A DNA stretch of 64,000 nt from Mizuhopecten yessoensis (taxonomy: Eukaryota). The notes under the pieces were generated by a model that ran no database searches, had not been told where the DNA came from, and saw only the letters and a program-made list of their open reading frames with translations. Made by a program: the position numbers and the translations under genes. Positions 14,921 through 27,829 of this stretch are shown here, in pieces. The number at the start of each line of letters is the position of its first letter. Position 1 is the first letter of the stretch. The stretch spans positions 2,775-66,774 of the forward strand of contig NW_018407797.1 in the NCBI RefSeq assembly GCF_002113885.1. Reading direction: 5' to 3'.

Positions 14921-15140
14921 GTAGCTGTGGCCAAGTGGTTAAGGTGTCTGACATTCTGCTACCACTAGCCCTCCTTAACTGGGTCGCGGGTTCGAGACCT
15001 ACGTGGGGCAGTCGCCAGGTACTGGCCGTAGGTCGGTGGTTTTTTCTCCGGGAACTCCGGCCTTCCTCCACCACCAAAACCTGGCACGTCATTAAATGAC
15101 CATAGCTGTTAATAGGACGTAAAACACAAACAAACCAAAC
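14921..15140 (+). mobile_element. tRNA-derived SINE (V-domain-like core)
   Basis: Box A TGGCCAAGTGG (14928), box B GGTTCGAGACC (14989), core GGTTTTTCTCCGGGAACTCCGGCCTTCCTCC, tail GGACGTAAAAC followed by (CAAA)n. Confidence 0.8.
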
Positions 15141-15723
15141 GAAATCGGGACATCTGGTCTTGTTATCCTTATACCTTTTCTTTCTTTTGTTCATATTTTG
15201 CCATAGTTTGATCGATTTTGAGTTCAAAAAAATGATTGTTGACACATTGGTATTTTGTTGTTGTTTTGCTTTTATATCTCTGTATTCACCTTCCAGGTTT
15301 CACTTTCTATGATGTATTTGTCAGGAATGTGGATCTTATTTCATGGCAGAATGAGATTTTAGACTATACTAGATTAAGGTGAAGCTGTCTATGTGTTTCT
15401 TCGGTATTAACAACGACTTATTGATATTGAGACAATGATTTAATGATGATTGCTGTGCCATTGATATCCGGTTTGAGTAGAAATCTCAATAAATGACGAG
15501 TATATAGCGGGGTCGCGTTCAATGGTTTATTAGTGCTGATGAGTGTGAAAAAATACAGCTTTAATCTATCTAGATGTACACCAAACACAGACATAAGATA
15601 CAGATAACCCTACGATACACAACTACGTACACATTGATATAAGACATATAAAATCAACATATCTATTATACACTATATCTATCATGTCTATAAATATATA
15701 TATATACTATATCTCCATTAATA

Positions 15724-15896
15724 CTGTAAATATGGAAAGGTGTTTTTTTGTGGTGTGGTTATGTTCGCATTTTTCGCTGAGTTAAATAAATTATAGAAAA
15801 TAGACCAGTAGAAAAAGCGAAAATTTTCAAACCGCAAAAGGTTTAAAGCGTCACAACGCGAACATTGCCACACGCAAAAAAAATCGACTTTTACAG
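15724..15896. mobile_element. Short Tc1/mariner-type MITE
   Basis: TA|CTGTAAA ... TTTACAG|TA termini with a TA duplication. Confidence 0.5.
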
Positions 15897-16931
15897 TAAC
15901 ATCGTCGTGTCTCTATCTACAAACGTATGATAACGTTATATTAGTCAGAATATCATTTACATGAACACCAATTGTTAATAACAATGGAATATAAAAAATG
16001 AGAGTGAATTTGATTTTATTCGTTTTCCAACATTTTTTTTACATAGCAAGTATACATGTTTTCAATCTAAACACTAATCAGACGCCTTAGTACTCTGTAC
16101 AATATAGTTACAAAAGAAAAAAGATAAAGAATGCTTTCAAAGAACTAATGAGTCAAACTCGTAAACGAGGACATTAAACAACCCCGCCCATCATTTTCTC
16201 CATCCTTCCTGTTTTTGTCTATGATGGGCTGAGGTATCTACAGAGAATATAAATATCTCTGTTCGATCATTAAATCAACATAATAATATGGAATTAAATT
16301 GTTAGAGTGTCTTGTGTGGTTACTTTCATTCAAACACTTAGAAACCTAACTCACTCTTGTTTGTAATATGCGTGAGCTTGATCCAGGCATGCGCGTTGAG
16401 CCTCATCCGACCGTCACGATAAAGTTTTATTGAGAACGAGTGTTTATTTGGTGGGATTTCTATGGAGAACGAGTGTCTTTTTATGGTGTGGTTTCTATTG
16501 AATAAATTACACAGTTTTCCGAACTAGACTAACGAAATATGATTGATTCAGGTTGGCGTGAGAGAGGATACCTGATTATTTGTACAGATAATGCTATTGA
16601 TTCAATCCATCTAATTGTAAGCCTTAAAATATTACTTTGAGGTCCGAGATGGTTGAGTTGTAAACATTGTATAGTAAACCCATACATTGCCTTTTGCGCT
16701 TGCTTCACAATGAACGTGCGGTGCGTGCTATCTTGTCATTTATCTTTGGGAGTGTGATATGTGTATATGTTTGATGTAGAAACGTTGCTGCTTTCTATTA
16801 CAATCAACGATGAATTGATTGCGAGATTCTTTACGAGAATGTAAATTTTAACACTTTTTTTTCTTCTTCAACATTAATATATTTGTTTTGAGTAATATGC
16901 AGCGTTTAACTCGGCTTTCTTAAACTACTAA

Positions 16932-18073
16932 TGGGGCCGTCACACCATAACGTTCTGGTCAGCGTTCTATGACGTTTGAGGAAACGTTGGTAATCGTCCG
17001 TGGTCGCTGGTATATAGCGCCAGAAGAGCGTTGTGTGAACGCTGGTGAACGTTGGTAATCGGCGGTGATCGGCGAAGAACGCTGGTCCGAAAATAAAGTT
17101 TTGAACATGCATAAAAATTCTCATGGAGACCAGCGTTCTTCAACGTTCAACTTTTAACGCTGGAGAACGCTGGAGAACGTTCGTGGAACGTTGTACTAAC
17201 GTTCGCCGAACGTTACACGCGTTCGGCTATTGTTAGTCAGTCGTTACCCTAGCGTTACTTGGTTGTTATTAATCGTTCACAATCTTTGCTTTGCAGTGAA
17301 CGACTCACTGGCGACCTGTCAACTACCACTGAACGGACCCGTAGCGCACGCAGCGTGTGCCAACACGCTCGTCTAACGTTGTCTAATCGTTCGTCGCGCA
17401 CCAGTGACACGTCAGCACACGCTAATAGTTTTCAGGGGTGTCTTACTTGGTCGCTGGTACACGCTCCTCATGCGTTAGGCACACGCTAGTCATACGTTAG
17501 TTACACGCAAGTCATGCGTTAGTCACATTTTAGTCACACGCTCCTCATGCGTTAGTCATACGCTAGTCATGCGTTAGTCACACGTTAGTCACACGCTAGT
17601 CATGCGTTAGTCACACGCTAGTCACGCGCTCCTCATGCGTTAGTCACACGCTCCTCGTGCGTTAGTCACACGCTAGTCATGTGTTAGTCACACGTTAGTC
17701 ACACGCTAGTCATGCGTTAGTCACATTTTAGTCACACGCTCCTCATGCGTTAGTCACACGCTAGTCATGCGTTAGTCACACGCTAGTCATGCGTTAGTCA
17801 CACGCTAGTCACGCGCTCCTCATGCATTAGTCACACGCTCCTCGTGCGTTAGTCACACGCTAGTCATGTGTTAGTCACACGCTAGTCACGCGCTCCTCAT
17901 GCGTTAGTCACTCGCTCCTCATGCGTTAGTCACACGCTCCTCATGCGTTAGTCACACGTTAGTCACACGCCAGATGTGTCCACCTCACCATAGAAGGCTT
18001 GAAAATTGAACGATTAAACATTCTTAGAACGTTCATAGAACGCTGGCCAGAACGTTATGGCGTGACGGACCCT
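16932..18073. mobile_element. PIF/Harbinger-like non-autonomous element with an internal minisatellite
   Basis: ~40-bp TIRs (GGGGCCGTCACACCATAACGTTCTGGTCAGCGTTCTATGA / TCATAGAACGCTGGCCAGAACGTTATGGCGTGACGGACCC) flanked by TAA/TTA. An 11/22-bp CACGCTAGTCA/TGCGTTAGTCA array occupies ~17460-17970. Confidence 0.75.
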
Positions 18074-18719
18074 TTATATCACAAGAGTGTTGTTCATTTT
18101 GCAAGGTCGTGAGGATAACTTGAGAAAATAAGCGTTAATTCAAAACTTTGGGGATATTCTATGTTGTTGTGGTGTTTAAGTTAAAATACCCTGATCATGT
18201 TTTTGGAAATAGCTGTTAGCATGAAGTGTAGTTCTGGATTGAGGCGAATTTAAATTCGGTTTAATCATAGTAAATGGACACTTTCTTTGGCATTTTAGAC
18301 GTAAGGTTGTAGGATACTGTTTAGGTAGGCTTGAATAACAAAACATAATATGATACATATGTCAGTTATATAATGTATTTATTTAGTCATTCTATTATGC
18401 TGTTTCAAACCCTTTTTCTTGATTACCCTTGGACTTGTACCTTTTGTTATTCTAACTACTTTAAACTATACCTGTTTTAGAAGCCCTGTTTAAGCTATTA
18501 AAGTTATACTCAATATGTTGCCAGCTTACTTCAATATAAGTCAAATAAAGGTAAAGACTTTCTTTGTATTGCTCATTTCAGCATTATCAAGTTTAAATTG
18601 TTTCATGTTCGCACTGAATAGGTGAATTTCTCACTACAAGTGAACCTTCTCAATTAAGAATACCTGTCCCCACTCCACTAAGGATTTTCGTATATACAAT
18701 AACCTCATTTTAAATTCGT

Positions 18720-20990
18720 TCTGGTTATAACTGTAGCACATTTGTGCCAGGATACTTCAGTTGATCAGAAATGTCATTATACGTGCTGCAGTGTTCTGGA
18801 CCCTCTGCAGACGACTGGTTAGTTTGTCAGATATACCACAGAGCATAATCCAACCGATAGGTAACAAGTGAATGCACCAAAATCTTGCATGCATTTGCAG
18901 TTATAAACTGCCGGATACAGCCGATGTTCCTGATCTGGTAATAGAAGGATTTGGCAATAGCGTTCACTTGTTTCTCCATGTTCAGTGATCAGGAACTATC
19001 AAAGTATACCCCTAGGTTTTTAACAGTCTCAATAGTTCTGGCACGACCTCGAGCTGGAGAGCCATTGTTTGCTGACACTTTGGGGAAAAGACGATTAGTT
19101 CCGTCTTTTCCTGATTAAGCTGTAGCATGTTGGCATTCATCCAGGCACTGATATTTGTCAGACAAGCTTCCAGATTTTCTGAAATTGTATCCCTGTGGTT
19201 TGATGACCATGTACATTTGTGTGTCATCAGCATAGCAATAATAGCGAAGGCTATGGCGACGACAAATCTCTCCGATCTTCTAGACTTCTTCAACAACGGT
19301 TTAACATGTGCCTTCTTGGGACAAAATGTAACCTTTGACTCAGCCAATGGTTTGTTCATGATTGAGGTAATCAAAGGAAGCAGTGCTTCAAGACATTGCT
19401 TTAATAGGCCTGTAGGATGTGGAATTAGCTCACAGGACTTCGATTGCGAGGTCATGATGATATTGCGCAACTCGTCCTCGGTTGTTGGTGAGAGCTCTGT
19501 CAATGGGTTCTCCATCAAATTTAATGTCCGCAGTCATGACAAAGATAGCATTGTCATCAGTAGAGTTCACTTCGGCAACATTTTTCCTGATCGAGCTGAT
19601 TTTATTCAGAAAGTAATCACTGAACTTGTTTGACAAGTCTTTTTTTAGAATTACAGTTTGGTAGGATAATTTCACCTTTCTGACCCACAAGGTTTTAGGT
19701 GAGTCTAAAAGGCTGTCTATGGTCCTTTCCACATTATTCGATTCTTTCCGAATAATAAGCCTTCTTTGACTGAATGAGAAGTAAACCAACTAGCCGACAT
19801 TGTTCCCTTTAAATATGTTGGTGAACGGTTAATTTGGTCCTTCGCCACTGTCTCTCTGCTTTTCTACGGTTCTGTTTTTCTACGCGGAGATTTTCATTAT
19901 ACCATGGAGCATTCGGTCTCACCTTAGTCTGTAGAGGTGCGTGGTTCTCTATAAGTGCTTCTATACCAGATACGTATGCTTCAACAGGATCATCAACCCC
20001 GGCTTCATTAGATTGAAGGGCGGAACAAGACTGAATGTCATTGTTGAAATCTGGTATTGAAATTTCGCGAAATTTCCGGAAGCTTACTTCTTTCCTTGCA
20101 CGATCTGGCGTACTACAATTCAATGTTGCGTGTTCTTGTGGTACAACAACTTGGTGGTCTCAAAAGGTAAACCACTCATCAAAAAACACTGTATTTCGGA
20201 AAGCATTATCTAATCTAAATTGTTTATCATCAGCAAATACAGAACAAGCCATGTGCTCAAAGTGTGTGTATACATCATAATGGCTGGAAGAGAGATGTCT
20301 CACACTAAGGCCTTTCTTAAACAGAACAGCCACCCACCACCACGTTTACCGAGTCTAGCATTGTGGAGGAACCATAGCCTGTTGATATTAGCTCAGCTAG
20401 TACCTGGTCATCGATATCTGAACTTAACCAGGTTTCTGTCAATGCAAGAATTTCAATGTCCTAAGATGTTACAAAATCTCCGATGGACAATGAATTAATC
20501 TTTACCGAGTGACAGTTAAAGGACACTAAATGCAGAGGAATAACTGACTTACAGTGACCAGCTGTTGTTGGCTTGATGACATGTAGATTCTCGTACGATA
20601 CTGACGATATCGGAATCCGTATGGAAGTATCGTAACGAGAATGCACGTTGATGCCTGATACTTCTGTAAGTGCAGTGTGGTCATTGAAAAAAAATGTGCG
20701 AGGCGGACAGACCATAGTGAACAAATGGATGAGATTATCAGTGTCCATGCCCGAGTGGGTACAACCACTGGTTCCGTTTGATTTAACACCGATAACACTT
20801 GGTATTCGCCTACAGCACCCTTTCCCTCCCGTGTCCCACGTCTAATGCGCAAGTTTTTTTCCGACTTTGATTCCTGAAAATCCTCCAAAAGATGTGTAGT
20901 AATATCATGACTCACTGGTCCAAGTGCCAGGAGAACATATCTACTATACTTAAACTTATAAGAATGTGATATCAACCACCGCTGAAGGGA
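18720..20990 (-). mobile_element. Degenerate CR1/L2-clade LINE (endonuclease and RT fragments, internally deleted)
   Basis: Fragments SFNCHSVK (EN start), NAPWY, SKSCEL..PT.LLKQCL..LLPLITSIMN, YCYADDTQ (~19217-19240) and WMNANMLQLNQEKTE. Multiple frameshifts. Confidence 0.85.
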
Positions 20991-21053
20991 GAAAAATAAA
21001 CACAGTATGGAAATTCACGGTGCTGCAGGGGTTCGAACATTAGTGCCCTCTTC

Positions 21054-21478
21054 TGTGGCGTGTACCGAGATGATATATATTAGAAACGATCCTACAACTT
21101 CTAGTATTATCAACATAAGCGAAACAACAACAAACAAAAACAGTAGTGCAACAGTACACAATGTCTAGAACATATCTACCGAATTTCTGATTCTGATTAC
21201 GATTCTGGAAGGGGCCTCAAATGGACTTTTCATTAAGGTAAAATGTTGGTCAAATGGCATCAGAAATTAAAGTTGTGGCGTGCACAGATATGATACATAT
21301 TAGAAACCATCCTACAACTTCTACTTTTTACAACATAAGCGAAACAACAAATAAAAACAGTAGTGCAACAGTACACAATGTCTAGAACATATCTGCCGAA
21401 TTTTCGATTCTGGAAGGGGCCTCAAATGGACTTTTCATTCAGGTAAAATGTTGGTCAAATGGCATCAGAAATTAAAGT
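21054..21478. repeat. Two-copy ~210-bp direct tandem duplication
   Basis: TGTGGCGTG...CAGAAATTAAAGT at ~21054-21273 and ~21274-21478. Confidence 0.85.
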
Positions 21479-21706
21479 CAGGTTTTAGAGATTTAGAAAC
21501 AATGTGGTATGCGTCCACACACCTGTAGGATACATTGTACGACATGTGTTTACGTTTAAAGGCAAGGAACAGGAACTTGGTACATTATCGTTAAAATAAT
21601 GATCTGCGACGTCGAGGCTGTTTAAAATGTAGCTTCGTTCTGTATGTTGATGTCACGAAGTCGACAGCATATCCCATTTCTGTAAGAGTTAAACCTTTCT
21701 ATTTAA

Positions 21707-21789
21707 CTCATTCACCCCTGAAACTTCATAATGAACTATTCGAACTTTTGAATTGGAAGAGTTCAAATGTGTCTCCAAGGGTGAATGAG
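21707..21789. mobile_element. ~83-bp MITE, copy 2
   Basis: TTAA|CTCATTCACCCCTG...GGGTGAATGAG|TTAT, similar to 11181-11263. Confidence 0.7.
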
Positions 21790-22109
21790 TTATATAGAAA
21801 GATATATCCTTAAAGAACACGTATCCTGTCAATGGTATGTATGTACAGATTCTAATCCGTTTTTAGATATTCCTAGCTAATATATCTATTTGTGTTCAGA
21901 ACTCCCATACTATTGCCAAAAAAAATTAAACTGTGCTACAGTAATATTCAAAACAAAATTAAGGAGAGTTACTGTAAGTATGAACCGCTTAAGTGCAGTG
22001 GGACAGGGATCTTTGGGGTTAACACTTATTTATATAGGACAATCATTGTAAAAACGAAATCCTTAAAGTTGTATATGACAATCATTTTAGTAACGCCCTT
22101 GGTCGTAAG

Positions 22110-22685
22110 ACAAAGTGTAAATACGTATATCTCTATTTGTACAGGTAAGCCCCATGTAAATACGTATATCTCTATTTGTACGGGTTAGTCACTGTTAATT
22201 CGCCACCTTCTCTTTGTATAGGGTCAGTCAGTTTAAATACGCAACCCCACTATTTGTATAGGCCAGTCAGTGAAACGATGCAACCTCACTTTTTGTACAG
22301 GTCAGTCAGTGAAAATACGCAATCCCTCTATTTGTACAAGTCAGTCACTGTAAATACGCAATCTCTCTATTTGTACAAATCAGTCACTGTAAATACGCAA
22401 TCCCTCTATTTGGACAAGTCAGTCACTTTTAATACGCAATCCCTCTATTTGTACAAGTCAGTCACTGTAAATACGCAATCCCTCTATTTGTACAAGTCTG
22501 TCACTGTAAATACGCAATCCCTCTATTTGTACAAGGCAGTCAGTATAAAAATGCAGCATCTCTATTTGTACAGGTCAGTCAGTGTAAATACGCAATCCCT
22601 CTATTTGTACAAGTCAGTCACTGTAAATACGCAACCCCTCTATTTGTACAAAACAGTCAGTATAAATACGTATATCTATTTATTT
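22110..22685. repeat. 39-bp minisatellite
   Basis: GTCAGTCACTGTAAATACGCAATCCCTCTATTTGTACAA units. They produce a spurious 13-aa repeat ORF. Confidence 0.9.
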
Positions 22686-22936
22686 ATCGGACCAGCATTG
22701 TACATGCTGAACACTTCTATTGAAATAAGCTACCAGTCTATAAATAAAAAAAATCTCTATTTGTTTATGACAACCTATATAAATACAGGATGACCATCGA
22801 TATAAAGATAGAGCATAGTCTGGCACTTCCTGTGTAATGCTTTTACTGCCAATATGACATCCGGGCTGATTCGAGCTATGTCATCATTAATAATTCCAGA
22901 ATAATGTAACAAGCTTATTCGTATGGGTTTCCATAG

Positions 22937-23134
22937 CTAGGCACTTACTATCTGGGAGTGCGACTTGCATCTGTTGCAATTACGAAAGACCGCGACAAGC
23001 TTCTTCCGGACGGATTTCCGGATCCATACGTACAACAAAGGATCGATGCAGTAACTGAAACCAGCTATGCCATGCATTAACCCTATGACTCCTTCGGGTG
23101 TATTTCGACCAGTTGCTCGGAGAAGGTTTATAAG
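22937..23134 (-). CDS. Prostanoid-receptor-like class A GPCR, last coding exon (ECL3, TM7, C-tail)
   Basis: Acceptor ttttatcatttcAG. The exon encodes LINLLRATG...CIDPLLYVWIRKSVRKKL (DPxxY and basic helix 8) and joins the upstream exon in phase 0. Confidence 0.85.
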   Translation of the reverse strand, partial: LINLLRATGRNTPEGVIGLMHGIAGFSYCIDPLLYVWIRKSVRKKLVAVFRNCNRCKSHSQIVSA

Positions 23135-23361
23135 CTGAAATGATAAAAACAAAACAAAATTATACTTGTGCTTCTACAAACGAACTAATGCTAAAATGAA
23201 ATATAAACATCATAAACGTATGTCTAATTATTCATTCTTTCTTACACTTTATTGTTTTATTACAACAATTCCGAAATAAGTTTTAACAACTTGCATTAAC
23301 CACTCTTGTTTGCCCGGATGGTAATGTGCAGAGAGTCTTAAACCGTAGTTCCCGTAGAAAG

Positions 23362-24221
23362 CACAGGGTCCTGAGAATTTGTTAAAGCTATATTTGGACC
23401 TTAACTAAGGTGTTCAGAGTAATTTCACATGTTTTAGGTGTTAGGGGTGTCATTTCGGTAAAAATGACACCCCTAATGATCATATAAACCGTGAAGGGAG
23501 GAGAGCTCTCGATGTCGAAATGTCGACCCCCACCTAACATCTTGCATCAAAAACAACATTTCTAGTTGATCTACGGAGAAATACTTAGTACCATCGGAAA
23601 GATGGATATGTTTTCTTTTTCAAAACGTCCTATATGCACGTAAAATGTATTCTCCTTCCGCTAACATGAACTCCGTTTCCTCCAAAAACACACGCCATTT
23701 TAGAGTTTTAAAGTTTTTCGCAGTCAGCCTGCCACTTCTTTCAATAATAATGAGGTTGAGGTCAGCGCGTGCTGAAATATGCAGTGTTGGTTGGTTTAGC
23801 GAAAAATGGCTGCACTTCCAGCCGATCACACCACATCTCGGCACTTGGCTGACATCAACCTCATTATTATAAACAAAGTGGCAGAGTGACTGCGAAAAAC
23901 TTTGAAACTCTGCAATGGCGTGTGGTTTTGGAGGAAACGGAGTTCATGTCCGCGGAAGGAGAATACATTTTACGTGCATATAGGAGGTTTTGAAAAGAGA
24001 AGTTATCCATATTTACAACGGTACTAAGCATTTTCCCGTAGATCAACTAGAAATGTTGTTTTTGATGCCAAACAGTTAGGTGGGGGTCGACATTTCGACG
24101 TCGATCATTGGGGGTGTCATTTTTACCGAAAGTCTATCTAAACCTCTAAAACATGTAAAATTACTCAGAACACCTTAGTTTAGGTCCAAATATAGCTATA
24201 ACAAGTTCTCAGGTCCCTGTG
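23362..24221. mobile_element. 860-bp foldback DNA element (P- or hAT-like) with an 8-bp TSD, inside the GPCR intron
   Basis: Termini CACAGGG...CCCTGTG. TSD GTAGAAAG at 23354-23361 and 24222-24229. The arms are inverted over ~380-400 bp. Confidence 0.85.
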
Positions 24222-24325
24222 GTAGAAAGCACTCGTGGTCGGATAGATGACCCCATACCTTACCACTTGTGAACGGGGAATCGAACCCCAGCGTTCTCGG
24301 TAAAAGACCACCAGACCACCCGGTC
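24222..24325 (-). mobile_element. tRNA-derived SINE head, interrupted by the foldback element (remainder probably ~23300-23361)
   Basis: Box B GGTTCGATTCCCC on the - strand at ~24275-24287. Confidence 0.5.
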
Positions 24326-25284
24326 CTACTTATATCTGAAATGTTCCCTTCTACACAAGTATATAAAGCGTCATTCACTTCCGTTGTCTATCATGAATTC
24401 AATATCAAAATGGAGATTTTGCATTCAGAATTTTTGTTCATTACATAGTAAATGTATAAATTGGTGTGCACATTTATATGAATTACAACTCTTTCTAGTA
24501 AATGGAAAATCTGTAATAATGTCAAATTATTGGGAGAGGGGGTGTCGGCAATTTAAAAATGGAAACTGATTATGGTATATAATAGGGATTGACTTCCCTG
24601 TTTTCAAGGAAGAAATTAAATAATTTTAATTCAGTTGAGACTGTGTTATCTGTTTTTGTGCTGAATGCAAAGTCAATTTTATTTTCTGACGTAATACTAA
24701 ATGCAGTTTTAAATGTGACGTTCTTGTTCGCGGTTTTTCCTATATCAGAGGCTTGAGCCGCATATTAATCTGGTACCATAATTATATTATTAGAGAAAAG
24801 TCGAGTTCTATATCAAATCATAAGATGAGTGAAATTAAAACATCCTCATTCCTATCCAAGGGAGGAAGGGTGGTTAGTGGATAGCGCTATCACCTTAAAC
24901 CAAGTTTTCGATTCCCCGACCGGACATGAAAGTGTAGTCATTTGGGAGTGGGCAACAGGCACGGCCCATGTTTGCCCTCTCTATGTGAAAAGGTATAGGG
25001 TCAGCTAACTTTTCAGGTGTATTTTCATCACCCACATTAAAAAACCCATATGCGCTCTCGTCCAGGGCAACAAAATGATCCATAAGTTTTATGTATTGAT
25101 GCACGTTTTTGGAACATTAAAGAAGAAAATAAGACATATATCATATATATAATAAGCATCATCACAATACGAAGGATGAATCAATATGAGCATTAGATTA
25201 ACTGAATACAAACAACCTTACACTCCTACATAATGTAAAAGTAAATATCTATATATGATTATAAGGACTTTGAAATATTTTTCT

Positions 25285-25765
25285 TGACTTTTGTCATGTT
25301 TTTAAACACATTTATATACTGTAACGCATTAATCACGTGATTGATAATTTTGTCATGTTTTGATACACATTTATATACTCTAACCTATGAATCACGTGAT
25401 TGATGATTTTGTCATGTTTTGATACACATTTCTATACTATAACGCATAAAGCACGTGATTGATGATTTTTGTCATGTTTTAATACACATTTATATACTAT
25501 AACGTATGAATCACGTGATTGATGATTTTGTCATGTTTTGATACACATTTCTATACTATAACGCATAAAGCACGTGATTGATGATTTTTGTCATGTTTTA
25601 ATACACATTTATATACTATAACCCATGAATCACGTGATTGATGATTTTTGTCATGTTTTAATACACATTTATATACTATAACGCATTAATAACGTGATTG
25701 ATGGTTTTTGTCATGTTTTGATACACATTTATATTCTGTAACGTATGAATCACGTGACTGATGAT
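25285..25765. repeat. ~59-60-bp minisatellite in the GPCR intron
   Basis: About eight copies of TTTTGTCATGTTTTGATACACATTTATATACTATAACG..GAATCACGTGATTGATGA. Confidence 0.9.
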
Positions 25766-26243
25766 AGAGTGGTATAAAATCATTTCAGGGGAAAATGACT
25801 AAAAGTCACAGACATATGAACAATTAAAGAAGGTTTAAACACACGAGTCCATAAATTTTAATGTAAAAACATTATGCAGTGTTACATGTTAGAGAACTGC
25901 TGGCATGTGGAACAACCTCCCAACAAATTTAGTGGACGGAATGGCAATGAATTGTATCATTGTAGCAATGTACTTATATTCCCGCTTATTTTTCACAAAA
26001 CGTAAAATGAAAAAATATTAATAGGGCTAAAATGATGATAATGTAAGTCCTGAGGTTACGGATAGTATCTAAACATTCATTTCTTATATTATTAGAAGAA
26101 GAAGAAAAATATTAATATTTATATGTTTAAATAAATCAGCTTTAAGTACAGCGGAAAAAAATCATTAATTCATATCTATTATAAAATTAATATCACCCAT
26201 AAGGTAGTATTGTCATAATAATTATATTCGAAAAAATACTTAC

Positions 26244-27011
26244 ATTGAAAGGAGTCCAACATATGATAAATCCTAGCGTCATAACTGTCACAAGATTGGC
26301 AAACAGTATCTCATGGGAAGGAAGATTCCCTTGGCCCATTTGTAGTTCTTGGTCGCCGATCCTTTTTTTCATCTGTAAGACTGCCCTGATTGTAAGCGTG
26401 TTGAGCACGACGATGCCGACAATAACTGCCAGTCCTAGTGACGGTTGTGTAATACCAAAAACCCTTTTTTTGGGGTCAGTCTCGTACGCAAAACTGGAAC
26501 ACGAATAATGAGTTTTGGAAGAATAGTTCCAGATTGATCCATATCCCATAAGGGGTAGAGATGCTATCAACATGCTGAAAAGGAGTGCAGCAAAAGATAC
26601 CCACAGCCATAGGTTGGACGTTATTTTATTCCTATAATAGAACGCAAAGTTGAGAGCGATGTATCTGTCGACAGTCAGGATCAAGCTCAGCAATCCGGTG
26701 TAAAAAAGGAAGAGAGGGTTAAGAACTATCTTGATTTGACATATTGAGGTATAAATGGTTCGGTTGCCAGAATCCACAACCAGCCAAATGTATGAATTAA
26801 CCAGGGCCAGAAAGTCAAACAAACAAAGGAGAAATAACACTGTATTTGTCGGCGAATGTAGAGTTTTGAAATCCTTTGCAATAATAATAATTGCAATGCT
26901 ATTAAAAACGCAGCCAGGAAAAAACACGAAGAATACTGAAAAGGCAAACGAAACATCAGAATCCTTGATTGAAGTCGTTTCATTGTTTAAAATGGCGTTT
27001 GATTCATTCAT
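26244..27011 (-). CDS. Prostanoid-receptor-like class A GPCR, first coding exon (TM1-TM6); spliced protein ~321 aa
   Basis: N-terminal NES/NET glycosylation sites, TM1 GCVFN, TM2 LCLFD, DRYIAL..AFYY, LPLMGYG, and TM6 FIICWTPFN followed by a GTAAGT donor. Confidence 0.88.
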
Positions 27012-27829
27012 GTTCTTCTCTGACAAAATGAAATATAGCAATTATCCTAGTAGCTGTATTTCGAATTTCAAACTATATAAGAGTGTGTCTCATAATTCCC
27101 GTTGTGTTTTGATTTCATGTGATTATCGACCATCGAACATCTAGATGTATTGATGTTAAAGCTGTTAATACTTTGAAAAGTGTCTATTTCCACTGAATGT
27201 AACTTATCCAAAGGCAGACCTTTCTACTATGGCAATTGTGTCTGTGTTGGTCGACGTGGTGTGGTATTATCCAAGCTGAGACAGTTAGGAAAGCTTAACC
27301 TATCTCTGACAAGCTCATTAGAGGAATACCGGCATCAGCCTCGACTAATTCTGCATGCATATTATGTATCCTTATATAAGCCTAGTGTATCCATTAGCGG
27401 TTCGCCTGACGGATATCTATTATCGAATACCTTGTTAGACGTCTTTGATACAATGCGAGGTCCACAGCGATATACATATAGGGAGAATTACCTTCCTAGT
27501 AAATTCATCCACATCATATGCTACCTCAAACTTGATTAGCGCTAATAACAAATAATTGTATATTAGCAATATATAACCTCGTTCACACCAACTTGCTAAT
27601 GGTAACAGAGCCGCATTGTTTACACGATGTTGACAATGGACATAAAGCTTAGTTGTTAGGGCTTAAACAGACAACGGTATCAGAGCCGTGCTGTTCGTTC
27701 CAACTATACAACGGTATCAGAGCCGTGCTGTTCGTTCTATCTTCATGTATACAACGGAACCATATCCGTGTTGTTTTCTGCAATAACTCGACATTGGTAT
27801 CAATGACGAGGTATTAAAACTAATCTAAC

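Noticed and set aside
22176-22793. 205-aa repetitive ORF
   Set aside because: Translation of a 39-bp minisatellite with no ATG start; it lies antisense to the GPCR 3' flank.
26245-27144. ORFs overlapping the GPCR exon in other frames or on the other strand
   Set aside because: Shadow ORFs of the real coding exon.
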